A model generated the notes under the pieces. It was not told the origin of the DNA. It ran no database searches and saw only the letters and a list, made by a program, of their open reading frames with translations. A program made the translations under genes and the position numbers. Shown one piece after another: positions 28,849 through 36,128 of a DNA stretch of 37,433 nt. Numbering within the stretch: the first letter of the stretch is position 1; the number at the start of each line of letters is the position of its first letter. Source of the DNA: a virus (lineage: Duplodnaviria; Heunggongvirae; Uroviricota; Caudoviricetes); the IMG/VR virus record IMGVR_UViG_2563366989_000001, one strand, 5' to 3'.

Positions 28849-29343
28849 TTAATAATTTGTCAGCGGCGGTACATATACAGGCTTAGGGTCTGGCGCTCTA
28901 TACATCCGGTATTCATTCTTACAGCGAGGACATGAATGCACAAAGAACCCATTAGATTTTATAGTAACCGTGCTTGGTTGAAGTATCGATATTTTATGTT
29001 CGCCGAAGCAATGTGCACAAAGGTTATGCTGCTGAATAGAAGGATCGGAATGACTCTTAGGTCTATACACGGCAGAACCACCTTCAGTTGTATGAAGTTC
29101 ATAATTCTCAGCTTGCACAACAAACATCTTGATTTTTCTATTTTCATCTCGAAGCTTCATTGCGATCTCCTTCTCGGCCTGATAAAGGCCAGAGAGCTCC
29201 GCATTAAGCATCTGTAAATCAGTTATTCTTTGGTGTAGATCTCCAATAGCTTTAGCGATAACCGCATCGTCTCTGGTTTCTTTTATTGTCTTCAGCAGAT
29301 CATAAGCCTGTTTCGCGGCAGTTATACCAGATAACACATCCAT
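28849..29343 (-). CDS. Antisense-oriented hypothetical protein: N-terminal coiled coil plus C-terminal Cys4 zinc-ribbon
   Basis: 164-aa ORF, ATG at 29343; CAHC...CPRC motif; opposite strand to the whole pL operon; direct repeats upstream. Confidence 0.6.
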   Translation of the reverse strand: MDVLSGITAAKQAYDLLKTIKETRDDAVIAKAIGDLHQRITDLQMLNAELSGLYQAEKEIAMKLRDENRKIKMFVVQAENYELHTTEGGSAVYRPKSHSDPSIQQHNLCAHCFGEHKISILQPSTVTIKSNGFFVHSCPRCKNEYRMYRAPDPKPVYVPPLTNY

Positions 29344-29482
29344 ATAAATTACTCTCTTACTGTAGGGGTGAGAGGATTTTACTATTTTTCTCGCTGTAGG
29401 GGTACACGAGAACCACCGAGCCTGATGTGGTTAAAAGACAGGCACAATCTTTACTACCGCAATCCACTATTTAAGGTGATAT

Positions 29483-29569
29483 ATGGAAGAAGAATTTGAA
29501 GAGTTCGAAGAGCATCCTCAGGATGTGATGGAACAATACCAGGACTATCCGTATGACTACGACTATTGA
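29483..29569 (+). CDS. Possible very acidic 28-aa peptide
   Basis: ATG 29483 with AGGTG 5 nt upstream; MEEEFEEFEEHPQDVMEQYQDYPYDYDY; too short for the ORF track. Confidence 0.3.
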   Translation: MEEEFEEFEEHPQDVMEQYQDYPYDYDY

Positions 29570-29753
29570 TACAAATCAATGGTGTGGACAATTCAAACGA
29601 TGCAATGGATGCAAGCTGCAATCGGAATGCATGGTTAAGCCTGAAGAAATGTTTCCTGTAATGGAAGATGGGAAATATGTCGATAAATGGGCAATACGAA
29701 CGACGGCAATGATTGCCAGAGAACTTGGTAAACAGAACAACAAAGCTGCCTGA
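29553..29753 (+). CDS. Small Cys-rich protein (kil position), function unknown
   Basis: 66-aa ORF with CGQFKRCNGCKLQSEC; lies upstream of the cIII-like gene. Confidence 0.45.
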   Translation: MTTTIDTNQWCGQFKRCNGCKLQSECMVKPEEMFPVMEDGKYVDKWAIRTTAMIARELGKQNNKAA

Positions 29754-29935
29754 TAGTGGCCTTTATTTTTGGCATAAATAACAGAATAAACACTGCACTG
29801 TGTATTCATTCCAACGAGTGAATACACGGAGCAATGTCGCTCGTAACTAAACAGGAGCCGACTTGTTCTGATTATTGGAAATCTTCTTTGCCATCCAATG
29901 TGAGGGCGATTTTTTATCTATGAGGATATGAATAG

Positions 29936-30304
29936 ATGTCAAACATCAAAAAATACATCATTGATTACGACTGGAAAGCATCAATAGAAATTGAAATCGA
30001 CCATGACGTAATGACAGAGGAAAAACTTCACCAGATTAATAATTTCTGGTCAGACTCTGAATACCGACTCAATAAACACGGCTCTGTATTAAATGCTGTA
30101 TTAATCATGCTGGCGCAACATGCTCTGCTTGTAGCAATTTCAAGCGACTTAAATGCATATGGTGTTGTGTGTGAGTTCGACTGGAATGATGGAAATGGTC
30201 AGGAAGGATGGCCTCCAATGGATGGTAGCGAAGGAATAAGAATTACCGATATCGATACATCAGGAATATTTGATTCAGATGATATGACTATCAAGGCCGC
30301 CTGA
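29936..30304 (+). CDS. Hypothetical acidic protein
   Basis: 122-aa ORF, ATG 29936 with GAGG upstream. Confidence 0.55.
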   Translation: MSNIKKYIIDYDWKASIEIEIDHDVMTEEKLHQINNFWSDSEYRLNKHGSVLNAVLIMLAQHALLVAISSDLNAYGVVCEFDWNDGNGQEGWPPMDGSEGIRITDIDTSGIFDSDDMTIKAA

Positions 30305-30379
30305 GTGCGGCTTTACCGCATACCAATAACGCTTCACTCGAGGCGTTTTCGTTATGCAATCAAATATAAGGAGTTACCC

Positions 30380-30514
30380 ATGATGCACTTTCAGCTCGCG
30401 GGTAGCGGCGTCATGTCCGCTTTCTACCCGCACGAATCTGAATTATCACGCCGAGTTAAACAATTAATCAGAGCAGCAAAGAAACAACTGGAGGCGTTAT
30501 GCGCAATGAAATAG
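30380..30514 (+). CDS. cIII: cIII-like protein (FtsH inhibitor family)
   Basis: MMHFQLAGSGVMSAFYPHESELSRRVKQL parallels lambda CIII (MQYAIAGWPVAGCPSESLLERI); AAGGAG 6 nt upstream. Confidence 0.6.
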   Translation: MMHFQLAGSGVMSAFYPHESELSRRVKQLIRAAKKQLEALCAMK

Positions 30515-30651
30515 CCATCAATCACCAGATGCTTCGTGCTGCACAGAACAAAGCAGTAATAGCCCGATTTATTGGTGATTCAAAAATGTGGCTTGAAGCA
30601 AATAAAGCGATGAAATCAGCTATCAACCTTCCGTGGTATCGCAGGAAATGA
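30499..30651 (+). CDS. Possible small protein (50 aa)
   Basis: ATG 30499 with GGAGG 4 nt upstream; below ORF-track cut-off. Confidence 0.3.
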   Translation: MRNEIAINHQMLRAAQNKAVIARFIGDSKMWLEANKAMKSAINLPWYRRK

Positions 30652-30726
30652 GTTTTACAGATAACTGGTCAGACGAAGAATTCATTCGTCAGATGAAAGA
30701 ATTAATCGGTAACGAAGGAGATATTC

Positions 30727-30897
30727 ATGTCACTTGCAACCACAGTGAAGGAGAGCAAGTTACAGAGACGCATGTACACGCAGAAAGCTCTCTGGTATCG
30801 CCATAATGGTGACCGCGAAGGAATGCGGGTATGCCTTAATTTGTCCCGAGTCGAAGTATTAAATCAGCGTTATTTCCTTGGGCCGTGTCCATTCTGA
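30727..30897 (+). CDS. Possible small protein (56 aa)
   Basis: ATG 30727 with AAGGAG 6 nt upstream; an alternative overlapping frame starts at 30648; below ORF-track cut-off. Confidence 0.35.
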   Translation: MSLATTVKESKLQRRMYTQKALWYRHNGDREGMRVCLNLSRVEVLNQRYFLGPCPF

Positions 30898-30907
30898 GAA
30901 CAATCAT

Positions 30908-31513
30908 ATGAGCAAAGAATTTTACGCAAGACTGGCAGCTATTCAGGAGAATCTGAACGCGCCAAAGAATCAGTACAACTCATTCGGCAAATATAAATAC
31001 AGAAGCTGCGAAGATATTCTTGAAGGCGTTAAGCCGTTACTGAATGGTCTGTTTTTATCAATCAGCGATGAAGTTGTGTTGATTGGTGATCGGTATTACG
31101 TGAAAGCCACGGCAACTATTACCGATGGCGAAAACAGTCATACGTCAACCGCTCTTGCACGAGAGGAAGAAAGCAAGAAAGGAATGGATTCTGCACAAGT
31201 TACGGGAGCTACAAGCTCTTATGCACGCAAGTATTGCCTCAATGGTTTGTTCGGCATTGATGATGCGAAAGATGCAGATACAGACGAGCATAAACATCAG
31301 CAGAACGCAGTAGCAAAGCAATCAAAACCATCACCTACACCTGAACAGGTTCTAAAAGCATTCACTGACGCAGCAATGCAGAAAAACACCGTAGAAGAGC
31401 TTAAACAGGCGTTCGCCAAAGCGTGGAAGATGCTCGAAGGCACACCTGAGCAGCACAAAGCGCAGGACGTTTACAACATCAGACGAGACGAATTAGAAGG
31501 AGCTGCTGCTTAA
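30908..31513 (+). CDS. erf: Erf single-strand annealing recombinase (P22 Erf-like)
   Basis: MSKEFYARLAAIQENLNAPKNQYNSFGKYKYRSCEDILEGVKPLL resembles P22 Erf as recalled; start at ATG 30908. Confidence 0.75.
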   Translation: MSKEFYARLAAIQENLNAPKNQYNSFGKYKYRSCEDILEGVKPLLNGLFLSISDEVVLIGDRYYVKATATITDGENSHTSTALAREEESKKGMDSAQVTGATSSYARKYCLNGLFGIDDAKDADTDEHKHQQNAVAKQSKPSPTPEQVLKAFTDAAMQKNTVEELKQAFAKAWKMLEGTPEQHKAQDVYNIRRDELEGAAA

Positions 31514-31896
31514 TGGCACATTCGATTACTGTAAGACTAAACAAGCCCGCAAGAGAGTTTCAGGCCGGGGAAAATATCGGATTCAACATCCGTGCTGGCG
31601 TTCAGTATTACGATCGCCAGACAAAAAAGAAAGAATGGACAAACTACAGCGCCGTTGTATTTGCCAAGCCGGGAGCGCAAGCGGATTACTACCGTAGCGT
31701 TCTGGTTGAAGGTGGCATTGTAGAAATTACCGGAGAAAACATCAGGGTTGATGTTTATCAGGGGCAAAATGGTCAATCAATCACTCTTGAATTACTGAAT
31801 TCAAAGATTGGATTTGCAACTTCAGGAAACAGCCAACAGCAACAAAGCAGTAACCAGCAGAACACTCCTGTATACGACGATTCCATCCCATTCTGA
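31513..31896 (+). CDS. SSB-like protein with Q-rich linker and C-terminal acidic tip
   Basis: C-terminal DDSIPF matches the SSB tail motif (E. coli SSB ends DDDIPF); directly downstream of erf. Confidence 0.5.
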   Translation: MAHSITVRLNKPAREFQAGENIGFNIRAGVQYYDRQTKKKEWTNYSAVVFAKPGAQADYYRSVLVEGGIVEITGENIRVDVYQGQNGQSITLELLNSKIGFATSGNSQQQQSSNQQNTPVYDDSIPF

Positions 31897-31919
31897 TTTA
31901 GAAAAATAAGGATTCCATT

Positions 31920-32213
31920 ATGCCAGCGCCTCTGTATGGTGCGGATGACGCGCGCCGCTGTTCCGGCAATTCCGTATCGGAGGTGCTGGATAAATTCAGA
32001 AAAAACTACGACCTGATAATGTCGCTACCGCAGGAAACGAAAGAGGAAAAGGAATTTCGCCACTGTATATGGCTTGCAGAGAAAGAAGAACGCGAGCGAA
32101 TTTACCAGACATCAATCCGACCATTCCGCAAAGCCACATATACCCACTTCCCTGAAATTGACCAGCGCCTGCGTAATTACCGCTCACGCTATGGCGCTAT
32201 CAGTAATGACTGA
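31920..32213 (+). CDS. Hypothetical protein
   Basis: 97-aa ORF, ATG 31920 with AGGA upstream. Confidence 0.5.
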   Translation: MPAPLYGADDARRCSGNSVSEVLDKFRKNYDLIMSLPQETKEEKEFRHCIWLAEKEERERIYQTSIRPFRKATYTHFPEIDQRLRNYRSRYGAISND

Positions 32214-32223
32214 GGAATTTACC

Positions 32224-32391
32224 ATGAGAGGACTTGCATACAATCCCGGCATTCTTCCGGCAGAAATGATTATTCGCCAACGCGTAAAGCCAATGCCATC
32301 GAGAGAGGAATTGCTTAAGCGAAAGAGTTTCGGTTCTGTTAATGACAACAAATATCTGAATGCGATGTGGCGCAAAGGAGGCAGCCAGTGA
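32224..32391 (+). CDS. Possible small protein (55 aa)
   Basis: ATG 32224 with GAGG 8 nt upstream; stop overlaps the next gene start (GTGA). Confidence 0.35.
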   Translation: MRGLAYNPGILPAEMIIRQRVKPMPSREELLKRKSFGSVNDNKYLNAMWRKGGSQ

Positions 32392-32741
32392 GCAAGATTG
32401 ACTATCAGGCACTGCGTGAAAAGGCAGAGAAAGCAACGTGTGGTGTGTGGTCGCTCGAATATGGAGAGGGACGATTTGATGGTGATGATGCACTAATTCA
32501 TCGCGAGGTTGCTGGATATATTCCTATTTGCAGAATTGAAGGAGCGCATCCAGAAAGCCGTTTCTATGAAGATTTCCAAATGGAACAGCAGGCCAATGCT
32601 GAATTCATCGCCGCAGCCAATCCAGCTACCGTGCTGGCGCTGCTGGATGAAAACGAAAGACTGTGTCGCGAGCTGATAGCTCGTAATGGTGAGATTGAAG
32701 GGCTTCGGAAGTGGGCAGAAGAACGGGAGATGCAACCATGA
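32388..32741 (+). CDS. Possibly Ead/Ea22-like protein (paralog 1)
   Basis: GTG 32388 with AAAGGAGG 6 nt upstream; contains [23 protein letters not shown]; family name from memory. Confidence 0.55.
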   Translation: MSKIDYQALREKAEKATCGVWSLEYGEGRFDGDDALIHREVAGYIPICRIEGAHPESRFYEDFQMEQQANAEFIAAANPATVLALLDENERLCRELIARNGEIEGLRKWAEEREMQP

Positions 32742-33388
32742 TGACTTTTACCAGCGAACAATTAGCTACCTTACGTAAGATAGCGCAACAGGCAACACAG
32801 GGCGAATGGCGTGCATTCATCTCGCCGGACACTGGTACATATGCGGTGCATACGCCGGGGGATGAACGTTGCGGAGACATTATCAAATGGCCTGGCTTTG
32901 ACGACCAGAAAAATGCAGAGAACAACGCAGAATTTATCGCAGCTTTCAACCCTAAATTAGTGCTGGCGCTTCTGGATGAACGGGAAAGAAACCAGCAATA
33001 CATCAAACGCCGCGACCAGGAGAACGAGGAAATTGCGCTAACGGTAGGGAGGCTGCGCGTTGAGCTGGAAGCCGCAGAGAAGCGCATAGCAGAACTGGAA
33101 GCACGGGAAATAAAACCAGCCAAAGGCGAAGTTCTTGTCGTTGTATCTGGTTTTACTGGTTGCGGAAAAAGCGCCATTGCCGGGGAAATAGAAATCGCGA
33201 TGAAGGCTATTGGTGTACCGGTTCAGTGGACTAATGGCGATGCGGAAAAGCGCATGACAGGAGCTGACTGGCTGACAGCGATTGAGATGTACAAACCAAC
33301 TGTGCGCATCGTGGAAGTTAATGTGCCACGCGCCCCTGGCATTCGCATCAAAGGAGACGCAGGAGAACAAAACGATGAAAAACCGTAA
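32738..33388 (+). CDS. Possibly Ead/Ea22-like protein (paralog 2)
   Basis: ATG 32738 overlapping the previous stop (ATGA); contains NAEFIAAFNPKLVLALLDERERN plus a coiled-coil segment. Confidence 0.55.
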   Translation: MMTFTSEQLATLRKIAQQATQGEWRAFISPDTGTYAVHTPGDERCGDIIKWPGFDDQKNAENNAEFIAAFNPKLVLALLDERERNQQYIKRRDQENEEIALTVGRLRVELEAAEKRIAELEAREIKPAKGEVLVVVSGFTGCGKSAIAGEIEIAMKAIGVPVQWTNGDAEKRMTGADWLTAIEMYKPTVRIVEVNVPRAPGIRIKGDAGEQNDEKP

Positions 33389-33551
33389 AGCAAAATTACT
33401 TCTTTTATCGCGTTCGACGGGGTACGAGAAGCTACCAATCAGCAATCACAAACGGGCGGTGATCGGCATGTTTGGTAGGGTGGTATTCGCATTTAACTAT
33501 AAACCCACCGCGTCGCGGAACAGACGAGAGAAGGGGGGCGCAGTGCGATGA
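33375..33551 (+). CDS. Possible small basic protein (MKNRKAK... copy 1)
   Basis: ATG 33375 with AGGAG upstream; 58 aa. Confidence 0.35.
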   Translation: MKNRKAKLLLLSRSTGYEKLPISNHKRAVIGMFGRVVFAFNYKPTASRNRREKGGAVR

Positions 33552-33739
33552 AAAACCGTAAAGCTAAGATGCTTATCTCCCGTGTATACAGACTTTGCTA
33601 TCCCAGCCAGTGGTTGAGAGTTAGCAATCGTCGTGTGGTGTTGTTTTCATTTTCTGGAATTGCCAGAGAGGGAGTCCGAGATAAGGGCAGCGCGGCGCAA
33701 AACCGCTGGGAAAACCACTTGCGCACTAAAGGAGCCTAA
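33548..33739 (+). CDS. Possible small basic protein (MKNRKAK... copy 2)
   Basis: ATG 33548 with AAGGGGGG upstream; same first 7 residues as the preceding ORF. Confidence 0.35.
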   Translation: MKNRKAKMLISRVYRLCYPSQWLRVSNRRVVLFSFSGIAREGVRDKGSAAQNRWENHLRTKGA

Positions 33740-33740
33740 T

Positions 33741-33950
33741 ATGGCTATTGCCGCAAGTTACACCATGCATCTCTATTGTGATTGCCTCCAGTGTACAGAT
33801 GGCAAATATAAGTCGCCAGACTTCGGTGAGTATATAGGTACGTCATGGGCTGGCTGTGCAAAAGAGGCGCGCAAGGATGGCTGGCGAATAAGCAAAGACA
33901 AAACGCGTGCTTTTGCGCCCGGGCATAAAGTTTTGAGGATTAACAAATGA
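33741..33950 (+). CDS. Small Cys-rich hypothetical protein
   Basis: ATG 33741 with AAGGAG 6 nt upstream; 69 aa; YCDCLQC...C motif. Confidence 0.45.
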   Translation: MAIAASYTMHLYCDCLQCTDGKYKSPDFGEYIGTSWAGCAKEARKDGWRISKDKTRAFAPGHKVLRINK

Positions 33951-34558
33951 CCACTATTACCAGAGAACAGGCACAGAAAATTATTGAAGCAGCCGATGAG
34001 GTTATTAGTGCGCTGGCCGGAACTAATGAGGATGTTAACCCTGATAGCGATAACATGCTACGTCTGTGGGATGACCTGAATGACCGTCACGCGCCCCCTG
34101 AAGTTGTGCGTGAGCTGGCACGGATTGCGCTGGCATCGCTGGAAGCCGAACCTGTAAACCAAACTTACAAGTTGCCAGTTAATACACCTTGCCAAGATGC
34201 GCCAGCCCATATCTGGCTGCAAACAGCTGGAGTATGGCCAGAAGATGGCGAGTTAAGCGAATTAACGTGGTGCAGCCACAATCAGCACCATGATGACACA
34301 CTATATGTTCGAGCTGACCTTGTGAATGGCAACTATCCGGTAACTCCGGATGGTTGGATAAGCTGTAGTGAGCGAATGCCGGATGATGGTCAGCACGTAA
34401 TTATTTTATGTGATGGCGCATTCGTTCTTTATGCGCAATATCGAAACGGTGAGTTTTTTGATGTTGTCCGCAATGGTGAGGAGTTCTTCGAAACGCAGAG
34501 CCGCAATGTAACCCACTGGATGCCGCTACCAGAACCGCCTCGATTAAAGGAGCTATAA
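33947..34558 (+). CDS. Hypothetical protein, possibly DUF551-type C-terminal domain (recalled family)
   Basis: 203-aa ORF; C-terminal WISCSERMPDDGQHVIIL...THWMPLPEPP; ATGA overlap with upstream gene. Confidence 0.55.
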   Translation: MTTITREQAQKIIEAADEVISALAGTNEDVNPDSDNMLRLWDDLNDRHAPPEVVRELARIALASLEAEPVNQTYKLPVNTPCQDAPAHIWLQTAGVWPEDGELSELTWCSHNQHHDDTLYVRADLVNGNYPVTPDGWISCSERMPDDGQHVIILCDGAFVLYAQYRNGEFFDVVRNGEEFFETQSRNVTHWMPLPEPPRLKEL

Positions 34559-34672
34559 TAGTGAACTATTATATCTATTTGTATTAAAAGAGTTTTTATA
34601 AAATAAATCTTCCAAAGCATGTAAAAACACTGTTAATCTTAACGTGTGTGAAACGTGAAGAGAGGTGTTGAA

Positions 34673-34954
34673 ATGAGCATTCATGATTTGTGTGAAGATC
34701 AAGAGCAATGGGCTATGCAGACCCTTATGGGATCAGGAGTTCTTGCAAGGTGCAGAATCCATAACGATGTAATTTTAGACAGCGGAAATGATGCTTCTTC
34801 TGCTTATAAATTAGGAACTTACCTATATCAAAAAGATAATAGCTGCAACTTATTCAATACTCTTACTGAAGCCCGCGACGCAATAAAGGATGCATATGAA
34901 TCGTATTGTGGGATTGATGATTGCCCACAATGCTCAAAATACATTGACGATTAA
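34673..34954 (+). CDS. Hypothetical protein in a moron-like unit (AT-rich promoter region upstream, terminator downstream)
   Basis: ATG 34673 with GAGG 7 nt upstream; preceded by about 110 bp AT-rich DNA containing TTGTAT-18 bp-ATAAAT. Confidence 0.5.
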   Translation: MSIHDLCEDQEQWAMQTLMGSGVLARCRIHNDVILDSGNDASSAYKLGTYLYQKDNSCNLFNTLTEARDAIKDAYESYCGIDDCPQCSKYIDD

Positions 34955-34974
34955 TAATATGAACAAGTAACTAT

Positions 34975-35000
34975 CCTCGCATTCGCGGGGATTTCTTTTA
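34975..35000 (+). terminator. Intrinsic terminator after the 34673-34954 gene
   Basis: cctcgc-attc-gcgggg hairpin followed by atttctttta. Confidence 0.6.
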
Positions 35001-35029
35001 TCTGAACTCGCTACGGCGGGTTTTGTTTT

Positions 35030-35341
35030 ATGGAGATGATTATGGTCTGTTCAACATTCAACCCTCTAACGTTACAGAAATACCAGCCAGACCCTGAAGA
35101 TTTATGCTCACTGTGTGGCGGAAATCATGGTAAAGCCGCCATGATCGAATGTAAGGACAAAATCCACATTTGCCTTAATTGCGTTGATGTCCTCGTTGAT
35201 ATCAAAAATGAGAGAGAAGATAAAAAGCGTAGCGAGGCTGTTCGCGCCTTAGATTCATGGATGCGAGATGGGTATAGTGCCGCGCAAATTTATGACTTAG
35301 CAATATCAAAAGGTGAAATACCAGGAGTGCGCATCGAATAA
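35030..35341 (+). CDS. Small zinc-ribbon-like protein (CxxC...CxxC)
   Basis: CSLCGGNHG...CLNC; probable start at ATG 35042 (GGAGA 5 nt upstream) within the listed ORF. Confidence 0.5.
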   Translation: MEMIMVCSTFNPLTLQKYQPDPEDLCSLCGGNHGKAAMIECKDKIHICLNCVDVLVDIKNEREDKKRSEAVRALDSWMRDGYSAAQIYDLAISKGEIPGVRIE

Positions 35342-35382
35342 GGCGTAACCAATATTCGAATTGAAGAACTGAAAGAACACCA

Positions 35383-35406
35383 AGCCGCCTGATGGCGGTT
35401 TTTATT
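35383..35406 (+). terminator. Intrinsic terminator after the zinc-ribbon gene
   Basis: gccgcc-tgat-ggcggt hairpin followed by ttttta. Confidence 0.65.
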
Positions 35407-35417
35407 GGAGACAAGAA

Positions 35418-35762
35418 ATGTCAGATTTGGCTATGAAGGTTTTGAAATGGCAATCAACTGGCGATGTCGGTATCAGTAGCGCAACTCTTGCCTCAATCGC
35501 ATGTGGCCTGAAAAAGAATATCTATGGTCATCACTTCGGCGCTCCCCATGACGCAGCAGACTTTCGGCGATGCGTTGCACTTGTTGAGCAGATTCCAGAA
35601 ATCAGGGATTCATTCGACAAGGTTGCAAAGCGCGTTCCGGCATTCAAAGGAATCCTCAACGAATGGGATTCACTCGTTGCTCTGTTGAAGTCTGAAATGA
35701 AGACGTACGGGAACAAAGCACCAGAGACTTACAGAAGAATTAGCGAACTACGCAAGGACTAA
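35418..35762 (+). CDS. Hypothetical protein
   Basis: 114-aa ORF, ATG 35418 with GGAG 7 nt upstream. Confidence 0.5.
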   Translation: MSDLAMKVLKWQSTGDVGISSATLASIACGLKKNIYGHHFGAPHDAADFRRCVALVEQIPEIRDSFDKVAKRVPAFKGILNEWDSLVALLKSEMKTYGNKAPETYRRISELRKD

Positions 35763-35837
35763 CCATGGAATCACACAGCCTCAACCCCAATGAGGCATGT
35801 TAACCCCCCCCCTTTCATTCCAGCACCGGAGAAAACA

Positions 35838-36083
35838 ATGAGCGAAGTTAACTTAATTGTGCCCAACGACTGGGTGACAGAGCAAAAACTGATCGAAATT
35901 ACAGGTTTACGCCCAGGAACCATAGAGAGAGCACGTAAACAATCCTGGCTTGTTGGTCGTGAATATCTCCATGTTGCACCGGACGGTATTCCAAAAGAAA
36001 ACAGCGAATGCATGTATAACCGCAAGGCTATCGACCAGTGGGTTGAGAGTATGTCAAAAAAACAGCCTGGTGCGCGTCGATGA
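35838..36083 (+). CDS. xis: Excisionase-like protein
   Basis: Immediately upstream of int; EQKLIEITGLRPGTIERARKQSWLVGREY helix-rich segment; ATG 35838 with GGAG 6 nt upstream. Confidence 0.65.
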   Translation: MSEVNLIVPNDWVTEQKLIEITGLRPGTIERARKQSWLVGREYLHVAPDGIPKENSECMYNRKAIDQWVESMSKKQPGARR

Positions 36084-36128
36084 AGAACCGTTTATGCTTA
36101 ATGCGCTCTTGGGCGTCAGGAGGGAACA

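Noticed and set aside
32626-33177. 183-aa minus-strand ORF
   Set aside because: Lies entirely antisense to two well-supported plus-strand genes; Ser/Ala/Arg-rich composition typical of a shadow ORF.
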